This document shows, one piece after another, positions 11,571 through 26,535 of a stretch of 64,000 nt of DNA. Made by a program: the position numbers and the translations under genes. How positions within the stretch are numbered: position 1 is the first letter of the stretch; each line of letters starts with the position of its first letter. Location of the stretch: contig MU058384.1 of NCBI GenBank assembly GCA_013265495.1, positions 5,824,792-5,888,791 of the forward strand, in the 5' to 3' direction. A model generated the notes under the pieces. That model was not told the origin of the DNA. It saw nothing but the letters and a program-made list of their open reading frames with translations, and made no database searches. This DNA comes from Vicugna vicugna (taxonomy: Eukaryota).

Positions 11571-14500
11571 CCTTGAAGATACATTTGAAATAAGAATGAA
11601 TGAAAATAGTGTATCATTGTCCATTGCATGAGGCTATTCAATGGGCCACTCTGCATTTGATAAAAAGATAGAGACAGTCTCTCTTTTTCCGAAGCTCTGC
11701 TAGGTGAGTGAGCAGGTACCTTTTTCATAAGGCTGAACTGCAGGGGTGGAGAAGGAGGAAAATAAATGACAAGAATGCAGAAGGTTTTGGTGTGCATTTA
11801 CTTGAATAACTGAACTTGATTCAAATAGTGATCAATGTGTATATTGGTTAGAATACAAGCTCGGCTATGACAAAGACCCCAAATAGCAATGCCTTAAACA
11901 AGATAAGAGTTTCTCTCCCTCTCTGTTAACAGCAGGAACTGGGCACTTCTAGGTGCTGTGGAGGCTTTCAGACCAGGTACCGGAAGCCTCTCTGTAGTGT
12001 CTCCAGGTCTCCCCGTAGCCTGTGCTTTAACACTGGCTCTCAGTGTATCATTCCAGATGTTTAGAAATACCAAGATGCATTTTAAAATTTCATCATCCTT
12101 TTCTGATAGCTAATGATCCCTTGAGAATAGGTGAAATGCACAAAGTACAGTCAATTAAAGGGAGGCTGGGTGTAGAAAGGCCTGGATAAGAAGACAGTGA
12201 GAGCAATTTTATCAGAAAAGGAAAACCACTGTGAATGATATGAAATAAGGAATTTCTTACAGGGATTGGACAGCACATAATTGTGGCAACCATTGAGAAA
12301 GCAAAGATCAGGAAGGGGATGGTTAGAGGAAAAGGAGGAAGTCACTAATCAGGGCCACAGGGAAAAGCGGGTGGAGATCATGGAAGCCTGTGGTCTCTGC
12401 ATCTGGTGGCAGCCTGACATCTCTGCAGGTCAGCAGGGCAGATGTAGGAAAAGCTGGACTCAAAGCAGAGGGGAGCAAAGACAAGGGACCCTGCTAGGAC
12501 AAACTGGACTTTGTAAGAAGAAACTGGAACCCACATCTGTCTCACCACGTCAGTTCTAACGATGTGGGCCACCTACAGAAAAGCTGGTGTCCTCCTCCAC
12601 ACAGCTTTGCCAAGAAGTTGGAAGAGGCAATCTGGGCACACTAGCTGCTCCCCCACCCCAGCAAGGAGAACCAGCAGATCATAACAGTGTTTCCAAACTG
12701 CACTGCTGCCCAGGGCACCAAGCTGAGTGTCACTTTGGACTTCTAAATCTCATGCTAATTTCTCTTCCTGCCAACCCTCACCCAGAACTACACAGGGGAG
12801 GGAATTCTGGGAAATGTAGTTCCAGCTTAGCTACTTTGACCCAGTACAAAATGGCCAGAGTGATGCACTCGGGGCTAAGAGAATAGATGCGAATCTAGAA
12901 AGAAATATGTCAGAATGCCAAAGGCCCTGTAGTCTGTCTTCAATTGCTGTAATAGACATTTATTTCTTTTCATTAAATCATGTCTTATAAAATATATGAG
13001 TAGATTCCATTCCATTCACTTCTTAAAAAGAGGTGAGGTCATTTCATTAGTGTCTCTTGGCTTTTGTTTCTTTAGCTATAAAACCAAAACACACTCTTTA
13101 GCTAATGCATTACAAAAACTTTCCTATTTATTTTCTCAGGACCGTTAATTGTCTCCCTTGAGCTGATGACTGTCACGTATCTCCAGTTCCGTCGCCTAAC
13201 ATGACTTCTTGTTCTTTTTTCCCCAATGAGTGCTGGACTTTTCCATTTTGGTGCTTCGCTGTCAGTCAAACACAAAGAAGCCAATGCTGACTTCTCATTC
13301 CCCGCAGGCCAGGGGGAATTGCCTTTCTTTCCCATGAGTCAGTCACTCAGGTCTGATGTTCTGGGGCCGTTTCTCAATCCAGTCAATGACCAAATGCTCT
13401 TGGATTTTCCCTCACAAATGGTTCCTGTGTTTATCTTTTCCTTCCCGATTCTGCCATCCCAGTCTATCCTTTCCAGTCTCATTCCTAGATTACTGGGAGA
13501 CTCTTCCTGTGGTGCTTTCCCCTTCCAGGCTTTTCCCATGCCCATCCATCCTCCATATGAGAACTCCTTAAATACCTGGTTCCTCATGTCACCACAGCTC
13601 ACAAATCTTCCATGGCTTCCCACTTTCTACCATATCAGAGAAGTCAAATGCCTTTCAAGATGGAAAGAAGATCAGAAATTATCTGGCCCAGTATTTTTCT
13701 TTTATAGAAGAAAAACAAGGTGCCCGGGGGCACCATTCTCTGTATCCCGTGTGGGATCTACAGGTACTATGTGAGTAGTTGCCCTGGAACACAACTCCAC
13801 AGACTGTGATGTCCCCTGGAGTTGTGCAGACGCCCTGCTGGAGTTGTGGGAGATGATGGGGAACTTTGAAAATCATGCTACTTTTCCCTGCAGGATGAGA
13901 GATACAGTAGAAAGAGCATGGAATTAGGCTTCAGAAGCTCAGAGTTCTAAATCTGTGTGATCTCAACCTCTCAAAGTTTCTTTTTTTTTTTTTTTCATGG
14001 TCTTTATTTGTATGAAGTACTAGTTACTTCTAGCATAGAGCAGTTCTGGGCTACAAAGAACCTGAGTTTAAAGTCAGAAAACCTAGGTTCTAATCTCAGT
14101 TCTTCTGCCTACTGATTATGTGATTTTTAAGTCATCTATCTTCTCCAAAGCTGCCTCTAATCCGTGAATTGGACATAATAATACCCGTCCTATCTCGCAG
14201 CGTATAGGCCAGCATCAAGGGAGCAAGCGCATGTGCAGGTGCTTCGGATGCTGTAGCATATGATGTAAATGGAAGCTACCCTGTGATAACACAATTTAGT
14301 CCTTAGTGAAATAGTGTATTAATGTATTGCTTTGCAGGTTTGCTTGGTTTATTAACCACAATGTGGTTACTAGATTGTGAACTCTTTGAGGGGAGGAACG
14401 ACATCTCATATTTTTTCCTTCTGTCCCTTTAAGCCAGCACTGTATAAATCTGCTTGAAAACCATGCAGAGTTGCAGTTCTGTTTCTAAGGAGGGGAGGAA

Positions 14501-16944
14501 GAGAAGAACTTTAAAACTAAGCTGAAGATGCAAGAAAGATCTCGAAGTGTGCTTCTCCACCTGTGTCAAGCTCTCTATCTAGTGGGTAGGCTAAGTATCA
14601 CGGAAGCTAGGCACGCTAGGCTGCCACAGAAACTCCTGTTCCTCCTGAAACCATCACGTTTTTGCAAAACAATCCACCACGTGGGCTTGAGTTCTAAAAA
14701 CCTCTCCCTGGTTTTGACTATAAGAAAAGATGCTGGGGTGTTAGCCGTGCTCAGAAACGAGTAAGTAGTTGGAGGCATTGAGGGTAGTTCTTTGTCAAGA
14801 CATAAAGAATTTGGGGGGAATTTCAGACGCATAGAATCTAAAAGGAGTTCCAGATTTTGTTAGACACCTCAGCCTTTTGCTTTCACGTGGAGAAGAGTCT
14901 TTTTGGAGCATTTCTCAGAATGCAAGCAATATTGATGAGGTGGAGAATCTCAGGGTTGAAGGAGGTTTGGGTTTGAAAGAAGGAAATAACTCTTCATTGT
15001 TGTGTTTTCTTCAACTTGTAATTGCTGTTCCAAGGACTGTGGGGGATATCCATGCCTGAGGCTAGAAGGTAGTCGGCGGGAGACGGAATCCCTAACTTGC
15101 CCTCTAAGGAAAACAAGCACTTAATTCACATCCTATCAATTCTCCCAGAATTTTTAAAAGGAATCTGAATCACTGTCCTTTTTCCCTTTCCACCTGCTAA
15201 GAATTAGTCATTTATGTCCATATGCATGTTGTAGTTTATTTTTCCTTTTCTAAAGAAAACATACCATAAGAATTCCAATTCAATCACCAACAATTGTATT
15301 CTAGAGCACTGGCACGAACCAGTTGGAATTTAAAGAGGATTTTTATTAAGAGCAAGGTTTTTATACCAGATCCTGAATGCATTATAAAACTTATTAACCT
15401 GATGCGATTATTGCTCAGGTATTTCATTTCTAGAGTTTATGGCTTGTAATAGAAGTAAATCCTTCGTGTAAACAGAGGGATAAAGGGAAAAGTACTTGCT
15501 GTTCTAAAGGAAAATCAAAAGCAAGACTAAATCATCCGTATTAAATCTTTAAAAATATGGGTTGGCTAAGAACAACGGCATGTCTTAATTGTATCAGATC
15601 ACAACACACGGTTTCTCCTGTCAAAAAAGTGTTTCTATTTTTAGGTAAAAGTGTACTTTCTGGTCCTCTGTTTCCCTGACTCTAAAATAATAATGTTACC
15701 CTCGAATCTAGAATTCAGGAGGGGGCATAAATTCATACTAAGTAACCCTCTGTACTTTATTTTATACACTAAAAATATCATTCTAAGAAAGACTCCTGAG
15801 GCTTCACCAGCCTGCCAAAGGGGCCCAGAGCCCAGAGAGAAGAGCCTCCACGCTCCATTTCTCTGGAACTGACACTAAACCTCTTCCATCAAATAAAATC
15901 AGAAATAGACCCCACTGCTTTTATTGGAGACTTTTACTAACCATTTTGTTTTCTACCCCTTCTCTTTCATTTTAAAATATATTCAAAATCTTAACTTTAC
16001 TCTCCACTGTCTTTCTGGGAAGGTCCTCATCATTTTAGCTGCTTTTAATAACTGAATACTTTTCTGTCGTGGTTCAAGTTCAGAGTAGAACCAAGATTTC
16101 TGACATGAGGACACAGAGCCACATGGAGATTTCTCTTCTTCTCAGACTTCTAAAGTAAAGTAGAGATGAGCCCAAACCCGAGGCGTCAAGTTATTATCTC
16201 ATGAGTTCATTTGAGGTAATACTTGTGTGGCCACTCTCCTTCAGATAGTCTCCGTAACTCAGAAAAAATGTGTGTGTGACTGTTCTTTTCACAAGAATTA
16301 TTAGGGCTTTTAAAAAAAAATCCCCAAATTCCTGTGTCCACAAATTAATTAATTAATCACTGCTTTCATCTCATGACTAATATCTTTTCATTAGAGCAGA
16401 TGGAAGGAATTTGTCCAAGGTCACATACTAAGTTCAGTAATGAGGCTGTGCCTGTCCTCCTTCAACTGCCTTTGTATTTACACATTCAAGCGGAACTTGA
16501 CACTGAAGACTGAATAACAGGCGACATCAGATCACCTCTCCCAATCTCTTCTACCACATAGGCAGGAGGCCCAGCAAGAAAGCATCCTGGAGTGATCAGA
16601 GAGAGGAGAGGGAGAAAGTGGTGGGGACTCACTGGTTTATTCTCTGGTCCAGGACATGTGGATTGCTCACGCACGACTCACTGGGCACAGTGTCATGTGC
16701 TGGCGATTCAGGGATGGACGAGTGAGAGCCACACCCCGCCCACGCAGACTAGTGGTAGGGACAGGCAATAAACCAGAAAATGATTATGTGTGTAATGCAA
16801 CTTCCAGAGGAGAGAAGTGGAGGGAAGAGTGATGAAGAAATATAAAGAAGGATCAGGAGTAACAGCATGTCAAACGATCTTCAGGGAAACATGCACTTGG
16901 AGGTGCAGGAGGAGAGCAAGAAAGCCTGTACAATGGAGTGCTTG

Positions 16945-17150
16945 AATTTGGACCTGGCTTTGGCATCAGGTCCCCTGACCTTGAATCGCAGCTCCACAGT
17001 GTAGGACTCTGGGCAAGTAAATCCATCATCTCTCTTGGCTTTAGCATCCTTACCCAGCTCACAGTGTAATTGTGCAGTTTAATGAAGCCACGTGTATAAA
17101 GTATACCTAGTGCAGTGCCTGGAGAGCAGCATGGACTCAATATACTTAGT
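16945..17150. mobile_element. MIR-like SINE remnant
   Basis: Degenerate MIR core (GGGCAAGTAAAT..CTCTCTTGGCTTTAG) and tail (AGTGCCTGG..ACTCAATA). Confidence 0.6.
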
Positions 17151-18319
17151 TATTAGTGCTAGTAAATATCTGGCCATGATCTAGACAGGAGATGAATAAT
17201 TCTGGTAACGCCAGCACGGAACTCAGCAGGCACTGTGCTTAAGCCAAGCTGGGAGACACAGAAAGTGCTCCTTTGCCTCCGACTGAACTTTGGTGCTGTG
17301 GTCCTCCTCACCTCCCTTCTACACAGTCCAGTTAGTCAGGTCAAGACTAAAAGAGGATAAATGTGTTGCTTGAAGTATGGTTCAATTCTGCATTACCTAC
17401 AGTCACGAGAGCTTTCTAGGATATCAGAAAATTCTGAGGCTTAGATGAAAGGTGTGATTTAGGCTGGGAGATACCCAACTGTTCAGTCTTCTAATTTGGG
17501 GCAATTAATTGAGACTATGTCCGGTACGCACGCAAACTTTGTCTCATTCATTGTTGTTTCCTTGAGCCTAACCTAAGGCCTGGACCACAACAGGAGCTCA
17601 ATAAATACTTGTCAGATGAGTCAAAAAGAGTTTCTGGAACTCTCACAGCTTCTGTGATTAAGGGGAGCTCCCTGTCTAGTCTGAGGTTGACGTATTCTGA
17701 TCTCTTCTGGTATGAATCTGTGTTAATATCTAGGAAACCAGAACGAAATATGGTTTGTGTGGAACCCTATGCACATTTGGCCAAAAATTATGTCTGAGTA
17801 AAGCTACCCAGTTGAGGATTCAGGGCCATTTCTAACTCATTTGATGATTAAAGAAGTTCGTGTTTCAAATTTATTAAAATTAAGGCCATGTTTAAAAATG
17901 TATGGTGTTGGACAGAATATTCATTTCCAAATTTCCACTTGTTTCTCCAAATACAAGATTCAGTCCTTCCCTTGTAGTGGAGAAAAGGGAAAAAAAAAAG
18001 ATTGAGATTAGCCATATCATGGGGTAATAATTCCTGCCTTGGTTTAGTAATTGAATATTTTAAAACTTGACTCTTTCTACAAAAATTGAGACAATTCTTT
18101 CATGGTTTCCTAGGAGAAATATGTAAAAATCTGAACCTGGAATTTTTTTTTCTTACTTAATTAACATTAGAGCTTATAGAAATATTTCAAAGGATTATCT
18201 CAGGCTTAAGAATCACATTAAATCTCTCAGATGTAAGTAGGCAGTCCAATGTCAATAATAGTAATAAAAGATCTTTGTAGACAAATCATACCAAAGCCAC
18301 AAGTAATCAAACCTTCAGT

Positions 18320-18810
18320 TACTGTAAACTGGCAGATATTTGAGCCCACTTGCAAGCTAACAAGTTAGCCTATCACAGTTCCATGGATGCTGGCAAAAGA
18401 CACTGACTCCTTAGTCAAAGGACGGTTTATTCCTCATAGCAATAGCAATAGCCAGAATGTTTAGCATTTATACCAATAGCATTTGTACCAGTTCCCCCAA
18501 CCCCAGTATCCACAGAGCAACAATAACTGGACCAGGTAACACACATGTAATGGGTTATTTTAGGGGAGAGGAGCCCTGAGTTTAGGGAAGCCAAATCTTT
18601 TATAATAGATAGTAAGCCAGCCTGATTTTCCCCCTGGAGGGAGGCATTACCTAATTTTCTGGATAGTAAACAAACCTCTGCTCCAGGAGAGACTATCTTC
18701 CAAGGCTGTTATATGAACAGCCTTAGAAAGACGGCCTGGAGCAAAGTCAGTGCCTTTTCTCACAAGACACACAGAAATGCAAGAGACCCACGGAAAACTG
18801 TCTTTCAGCT
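18320..18810 (-). mobile_element. Old ERVL-type solo LTR
   Basis: GCAAGCTAACAAGTTAGCC...GGATGCTGGC...TTTATT arrangement recalled from MER/ERVL LTRs; subfamily not assignable. Confidence 0.5.
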
Positions 18811-21480
18811 CAAACATCCTAAAAAGACCACTTTTCTGCTTAAAACAAGAAATCGGACCTTTTTAAGGTGCAAAGATTGTAGAGCCTAGCTTTTTGTTTT
18901 GTTTGGCTTTAGGGAGTTTAACCAGCCTTCTGGAGGATAGGTGTCAGTAGGCAGCTTACAACTCATCTGCCATAACATTTAAATTTAGGTTTTATACCTA
19001 AATAACTCTCTCGCTCTTCCAAAAGAAGTTGTTCATGGGATATTTGCACAGCTAAAGATGATGACAGCTTCAGGGATGTGGAACAGCAGGTTCTAATTTG
19101 GAAGTTTACTTAGTTGCTTCACTCCAAGATATACAGGGTTTAGAACAAAGAGGCTTGCAGACCAGAAGTACACCAAATGTTTCCAAAGAGATCTTTACAG
19201 TCTTCAGATTTCCTCCTAGAACTCAGCCTCTAATACTCAAGACCATCACAGTCAAAGGCTTTTTTAGGGTTTATTTTCTTTTTCTACCATTCTTATGGGA
19301 TAATCACATACCTTTAGAGGAAAGGCGTATTGATTAAATGATTATTCTTTAAACAGAAGAATTTGATTTTCCAGTGTAGCCATTACCTAATCATATTCAC
19401 ATAATGGGTTTGTGTTAAGTGTGTCTACATTTAAGATCTTCCAAGTCTTTTTTTTTTTCCTTTTAAATCTTAGGTTTCAGTTCTTACCAATATTCACACC
19501 AGTATGTTCCTTTTTTTCCAATTACTTAAGTTAAATATTATTTTGATTGATTAAAGTGGTGATTTATTTAGTCCTCTGGTGTTAGTCATTGTAATTACGC
19601 AAAGTAAACAAACAATAGTATCTGAATGATTTTATGCTAAATTTTTATTCAAGCAAAAGAGGGAAAGCTTAAAGAAATGTGTGTCTTTAGCTAATTAAAT
19701 TCCATTCTCCTCTTTGGAGTTAAGTGATGCAGCAGTCGTCCCTAACAGAACCAAAAAGTCTAAAACTACATTTTTGTCACATGAGCACAGATAAACACAG
19801 AGCAATAACACCATTTATTCTATTAACACGAGCACAGTTCACAGAATATAATACATCAGTATTTAACTTTCCTTTCCGTCCTGCACTATAATCATAGTCC
19901 CATGCCCTTGAAAATTATGAATATCTTGCAGTAAAGACATTAAAGAAACAGACTAAGGTTTTAACACTATCCTAAACACAGCATTCACTTGTTACTTTAT
20001 TGTTTTTCAGAATACAATGTTAAGAATTTTTCCAAGGAACACTTGCAACATTAAAAACTATAGTACTTTTCTGACTGAAGTCCAAAGCATCATTCATGAA
20101 AAAAGCAGAACATAAAATGTTACCTCTGAAGCATGACATTCAAGTTATAGTTTAAACCAGAAAAGGCTGATTTCTTGGAGCTCCTTCCCTTTTTTATTCT
20201 GCATTTTGAACTCTATCGAGTTCAGAAATCTGCAAATTGGGATAAACATACCCTGGGGATTACTTTCTGGAATATTTCTTCAATGATACATCAAAGGAAA
20301 TCAATTTCTTGATTTTTAGGAAAAATCTGTTTTCTAAAATTGCTTCTTTCCCATCTTCCCAGAATTAACTGTTCTTCCACTTAAAAAAAAAAAAAGCATA
20401 CCTGTTACCCATCAAAAATCTTATTATGATACTTGTCCCAAATTAAAAAATCCTCAGGAATGCTAATCAGAAAGACAGCTGGACATATTAGCGTAGATGT
20501 AGTATAGAAAAATGACTCTAATGACTAAATAATAATTCTTTAATAAGCCTAGATATTTCCAATAACTTGCTTTCAGTAAAGCTACAAGATGATCTTATCA
20601 ACTTGTCACCTGATCCATCATTACAACAAACTCTGTTGTTAAAGAATCAAGTGACACTGCTATTATAAAAAAGTTTTGACTCACCACTTATTTTTATTAT
20701 TCTTGAGAACAATAAATATATTTCATCTATTTAAAAACAATGTAAACTTTATGTTAAATGCTTCATTTCTATATTTTTTGAATGGATGGTGATGAGTATC
20801 AAATAGGTATAGTATTTAAATTCCACTGGAAATTTTTAAGAGTGATATAAATATTCTCTATTTGAAATATAGAGTTTCTAATACCATAGGAGTTGCAATG
20901 TTTGCTAAAAAAAAAAGTTAGATTTTGACTTATAAGTGAAAGTGCTTAGTTTTTCTTATTATTTTAAAGGCTACACACACAAGAAAGTTTAAAGACCACT
21001 GCCACAGTTCTAATTCTCAGCTGGTACCTGCTCACAAAAGGGTTCCATTTTCAACTGGCATTTTTTTTATGAAAAGTTATTCCATTTTATCCAATTTCCC
21101 CTAAAATATTTTTAAAGAATCATTTCAGTTGGTTGTGGCTAGAAATCATTAAGACAGAAAGACTGGGGGAACACTGAGTCTTTGTTTCATTACTTTTTCT
21201 GGTTTGTTATTTAAGTAATCCGAGATAATATTCTTGAATAAAGTATTCATTTTAAAAGAGGCCGGGAGGGAGCAAAACTCAGAGAGACTGAAAGAAGAGA
21301 AACTACAAAAAACAAAAATAAGTTAACGCTACCACATCATTGCTGATGTTGGAGATGCTGGCCTAGGGCGAAGTATCTTTTTAAGGAACAGAATTTTCCT
21401 ACTTCAAGGAATGTATAAGACCATAATTTAAACATATGTTTGGGAGGAAATGGGCATAACCCCTTTCAAATTCACATTTT

Positions 21481-21596
21481 TTTCTTTATTGAAGTATGGT
21501 CAGTTTACAATGTTGTGTTAATTTCTGGTGTACAGCACAGTGATTCAGTTATACATATATATTCCTTTTCATATTCTTTATTATAGGCTATTAGAG
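21481..21596 (-). mobile_element. Severely 5'-truncated L1 with perfect 14-bp TSD
   Basis: L1 3'-end sequence; TSD CAAATTCACATTTT at 21467-21480 and 21597-21610. Confidence 0.9.
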
Positions 21597-24206
21597 CAAA
21601 TTCACATTTTAAATACCCCTTCACAGTCAGAGAAGAGCTATGTTTGCTGCGTGCTGCTTGAAAAGGCAATAAAGCCATCAGATTTGGCTTCGCTCCTACA
21701 AAGTATAGGACCCTGGCTCAAACAAGCTGCTGAGAATTCTGCAGCCTGAGTATAGTGCTTCCTCCAAAGTTGCTGGGAGTTAGTTCTAAGGCCTCACTGA
21801 GTCTTTCAAACTTGAGGCTAGCATGCCGGGTGGTTCAGGAAATGCTCAAACCACTCGAAAAGCCTGCTTGGAGCGGTGGGGTTTAGATCTGAAAGCACAG
21901 GGAATGAAGTGAGAGCTGGTGAGGGGAGGGACTGCAGCAGTGGCAGGAACGAGGAGGGGGAGGGAGATGAGCCCCGCAGTTTACGTGTAATACAGCTCAG
22001 CCATCTCCACTGGTTGCCCTGTGAATCCGAGTCCGTGTCCTCCACTGCACACAGAGATGCTTCCACGCACTTGTCCTTCCTGGTCTTTTTATGACGCTTC
22101 GTACAGTCATAAACTCTGTCTGCAGATTTCATCCAGCTCAGGCAAGTTCTGACAGGCAGCCTTGGTGATTTAATACCATATGAAATAAGAGTTCGAATAT
22201 TTGTGGACAGTTTTCTCCCAGCAAGTCCAGATTTCCTCAATCCTGGCAGCCTAGAGAAGGCCTTCGAGACACACTGCAGACTCTGACATTGATAGGGGCA
22301 TCTGTTGCCGAGGTGGCCCTGGAGGGATGGGATTAAAGGTGAGGAAATAGGGGTCAAGGACAACAGTGGCAGGGCCAGCTGACCTGCAGCGAGCAGCTGC
22401 GCTCCCTGCAGAAGGGTTACTGTGTCTCTGAACGATGCTGGGGGTGCGTCACCAGCAGCAGATAGCACAAAGCATCCCCCGGGCCTCTCATGGGGGTGGG
22501 GGATAATGAGGACACCTAGAGAGAGCCACCACTTCTTTCCTGTGCCATGTGGCCATAACTTGATTTTTGTTGGTGAGAAATCAGGAAAAAACATAGGGAT
22601 TTAAAAAAAAAAAAACACTTCTACCTGTTATTGTAAATGTCAACATATTAAATCCCCATGTGATGCTCTGGACCTCTGTGCTCTTTACTTATTAACTGAA
22701 ATAGTGTCTCCATTCCTTCTGCTTTGGGTAGTCACAGCCCTTTTCCAGGGGACATGGAGGCCTGTAAGACTCTGGCACCACCTTGCTCCTAAGTCTGCGG
22801 TGGAAAATACTTTACCTTTTCAGCAAGTTCCGTCTTGCTGCAAGTACCATTTTCCAATTTCCATTTCACTCCGCTCTTTCTGGATCTGAAAAGCTGTGAT
22901 CTTACGGTTCTGAAATCATTCTTAAAACAATATTCTTATTTTTGACTTGATGGGTTCCACACTGGGGATTTTAAACCATCCTTGTCAAAATCCTTGTCAT
23001 TTGCTGCAACATCCAGTTTGTCACTATTAGATAAATCAAGGCATTAATTCTTGAATTCTTTCCACTAGATGGGAAAAGACGTAGGTGCTTTCAGCAATGA
23101 TACTTCACTTTTGGAAACGTCAGGTGTAAGTTTTGCCTGACAACAAGGACCCGTCAAAGACTGACGGAAATCTCTTTTTCCATATTCAGTTCATTGCTCT
23201 CAGACTGGTTAAAGTGCCTAAGAACTTGGCTCAGCTGCGGCACTGAATGCATGCCGAGGGCAGGCTTCATTGTGGGTGTGGGGTTCTTGTAGGCAAGTCC
23301 CTGACAGTCTAGATTGAGCCCTTGTACCTGGTGCTTTGTGCCGCTCTCCCATCTTCTTGTTGGCAAGATCTCCCACTCTCTATAACAACATGATCGGCTC
23401 GTTCTTGTCTAAGGACAATGTGGAAACGAGTTTCCCCAAATCCCATCAAATAATTCTAAGAAGCCATCATGATGCAAAGTGGGGAGAGGTGGAAGAAGGA
23501 GGAGGCTTCAGAGGTGATGAAGTAGGTTGGAAGTAGATCAAGAAAACTGGTGGTACCTCTTAAACTCAAAGAAAATGAGAGTGTCCTGTGTCTGCTAGAG
23601 CAGAAGGCCGTAAGGAATCCTCTGTTTCACCTGTACCCTCATCAAATATCCAAAGCAGGAAGGGGCCTAGAGGGACTGGCCTGTGGCGGGGATTATTTAC
23701 CTTCAACAGATTGTGCGTACATACTTCTATCTTGTATTTGCCCAAGGACAGGTCATTACAAAGGTTTCCCCAGAATTATGCAGCGATCTTTCTACTTGGA
23801 GCCAGATCTCCAGTCTTGCAAAGGTCAAGGCAAGATTCCCTAAGCTTTGCACTGGTCTCCAAGGATATAATCTGCAAGAACCTAGGGCACAGAGTGGATG
23901 AGAAGGGTCTGAAATATTATTTTTCAAGTCCCGATTAATTAGAATGATAATAATCATGTTCTGTTCGTTACAATTATCTTCCATGCCCTAAAGGTAAACC
24001 TATGTTGATTCACTGGGAGAAGATTATCCAGAAAAAAAAATGTGTTTCCAGCCTTCTTGTATAATTTAGCTATTTTTCTTACTTCAAAACAGCAAATTTA
24101 CTAGGAGCAGGTGTTTTTCTCTACAGAGCATGAGTTCGTCATGAAAGGTAAACTTTCAATCAGAGACACAGGTGACAGCTCTATGATTCTGGTACAGGCA
24201 GCCCAA

Positions 24207-24932
24207 GGAACAGTATGGAGGTTCCTTAAAAAACTAGAAGTAGAGTTACCATGTGATCCCACAATATATCCCTGGGCATATATCTGGAGAAAACTCTAAT
24301 TTGAAAAGATACATGTACCCCAATGTTCATAGCAGCACTATCTACAATAGCCAAGACAGGGAAATAATCTAAACGTCCATTGACAGAAGACTGGATAAAG
24401 AAGATATATATATGTATGTAAGTGTGTGTGTGTGTGTGTATATACACACAATGGAATACTACTTGGGCATAAAAAATGAAATAATGCCATTTGCAGCAAC
24501 ATGGATGGACCTAGAGATGATCATACTAAGTGAAGTAAGTCAGACAGAAAAACACAAATATCATATACCACTTATATGTGGAATCTGAAAAAAAAAGATA
24601 CAAATGAATTTAATTTATAAAACAGAAAGAGACTCATAGACATAGAAAACAAACTTATGGTTACCAAAGGGGAAAGGAGAGGGGAGGGATAAATTAGGAG
24701 TTTGGGATTAGCAGATATAAACTACTATATAAAGCAAATAAACAACAAGGTCTTACTATATACCACAGGGAACAATATTTAATATCTTGTAATAACCTAC
24801 AGTGAAAAAGAATCTAGAAAAGAATATATATATACACACACACACACATATGTATAACTGAATCACTATGCTGTACACCAGAAACTAACACAACATTGTA
24901 AATTGACTAAACTTCAATTTAAAAAAAAAAAA
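24207..24932 (+). mobile_element. L1 3' fragment (degenerate ORF2 end, 3'UTR, poly-A)
   Basis: CAGTATGGAGGTTCCTTAAAAAACTA, CAACATGGATGGACCTAGAG..ATACTAAGTGAAGTAAGTCAGACAG, terminal A run. Confidence 0.93.
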
Positions 24933-24939
24933 GCATGCA

Positions 24940-25140
24940 TTCCAGAGACTGCCTGGGCTCAGTGCCACCTCTGCCACTTAGCAGCTCTGTGGCCTCAGCA
25001 AATTATCACCTCCTTTAAGTCTCAGTTTCCTCTTCTATGAGAGCGCGAGAGTAATATTAGCTCCTGTCTGTGGGAATTTAGGGAGGATCAAATGAGATTA
25101 GGCCAGTAAAGTGCTCGGCCCATGGTAAGAACTTGTAGCT
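24940..25140. mobile_element. MIR SINE
   Basis: CTCTGCCACTTA..CTCAGTTTCCTC..GAGGATCAAATGAGAT MIR core. Confidence 0.7.
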
Positions 25141-25922
25141 ATTAGGCAAACTGGGTTTGAGAGGCCGTGAGCAGAAGAAAGTCAGCTTGCTCCTCTGCCG
25201 CCCTCTCTAATCCCATCAGGCAGGTCCCAGAATGCCCTCTGTCACTCTCAGATAATAAAAAGCTCTCTGATCAGTTTTCATGCCAGGAAGAGTCTGCTTT
25301 CAGAAAGTCAAGTGTTTGGTCTGGTAGGATAACAAATCCTGGAGCTCTGTTTAATTTAGAGCTTCTCTCCACCCCACTTGTCACCAGCTAGAAAGCCCAA
25401 GTGGGAGCGGGGCGCATGGCCAGCCTCCTTCCTCCTGCCCTCCTACTCGCTCCTCCCACTCAGTAGCCACGGTGCTGGATTTCCCCAAGGCTGGGGACAA
25501 AGGAAATGACCAGAAAAGGCCCAGAGTAAATCCGGTAGAGCCGGGCTCTGGCACTGAGGCTCTGTGCTTGGCAGAGGCCCAGAGCTGCCTCTCTTGCTGT
25601 TGGCAGGTGGCCCCAGCCACACCCCACCCCACCCACCGTGCCACGTGCATTTCTCAGGCCAGTGTCACCTACCAGCCCTATGTCCCTCCCCCAACATCCA
25701 CCGACAATTGTCAAGCTCTCTGAGTGTTTCTCCTGAATCCCTCCTCACGTGGTTGGAGGTGGGGAGAAAGCCCATCGCTCCGCACTCCTCCTGTGAAAGA
25801 CCTGGCCCTGCTCTCTGACCACAAGTCATGCAGGACTCGGGCAGAGGTCAGCGGGTTGACCCTCAATTTCAATGAGTTTTGATCATTTTGCTGTCCTGCA
25901 CCCACTCTTCCCTTTCTTCTAG

Positions 25923-26045
25923 TGCCCTGGCTGGTGCTGAGCGAGATTTTTCCTGGTGGAATTCGAGGACGAGCCATGGCTCTAACTTCCAGCATGAACT
26001 GGGGCATCAATCTTCTCATCTCTCTGACATTTTTGACTGTGACGG
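25923..26045 (+). CDS. SLC2A12: GLUT12 exon 3 (123 bp, phase 1-1)
   Basis: AG at 25921-25922, GTAAG at 26046; encodes (M)[40 protein letters not shown] in frame with exon 2. Confidence 0.98.
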
Positions 26046-26535
26046 GTAAGAGCTCCCTTTCCTCTAACGCCTTGGGTGCTCTTAGGATAAATTTAGGGAA
26101 GCACACTCACCTGAAGAGTGTGCTTTTTTAACATCGACACTTTAAAACATGCTCAAAAGTAAAGAGAGTGGCAATGAACCTGATGTACCGACCGCCGGTT
26201 AAACAGTTACTGATCTTAATTCATGTATGACCCCTCCTGCTCTGTCCCCCAATTTATTTTGAGTCAGATCTCAGACATATCATTTTGTCTGTAAAATTTC
26301 AGCAGCGACCTCTAAAAGATAAAACATTTAGACACTATAACTACAATATCATTATCACACCTAAAAGTATTAAATAGTATTCCCTTGGTATCAAGTATCC
26401 AGTCTGGGTTCACAGCCTTCCAATTGTCTTATAGTTATTTTTCATACTTTGTTTGAATCACTATTCAAAGACCTAATTTACAGTTGCTTGATTTGTCTCA
26501 TAGTTTGTAGTTTCTCCTCCCCCTACACTTTCTAT

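Noticed and set aside
13226..13774. 182-aa intronic ORF
   Set aside because: No recognisable domain; pyrimidine-rich composition typical of degenerate repeat sequence.
21818..22594. 258-aa antisense ORF
   Set aside because: No recognisable motif, GC-rich and apparently overlapping an old LTR remnant; cannot be supported without expression data.
24226..24447. ORFs over the L1 fragment (also 24111-24299, 32101-32304)
   Set aside because: Translations of decayed L1 sequence.
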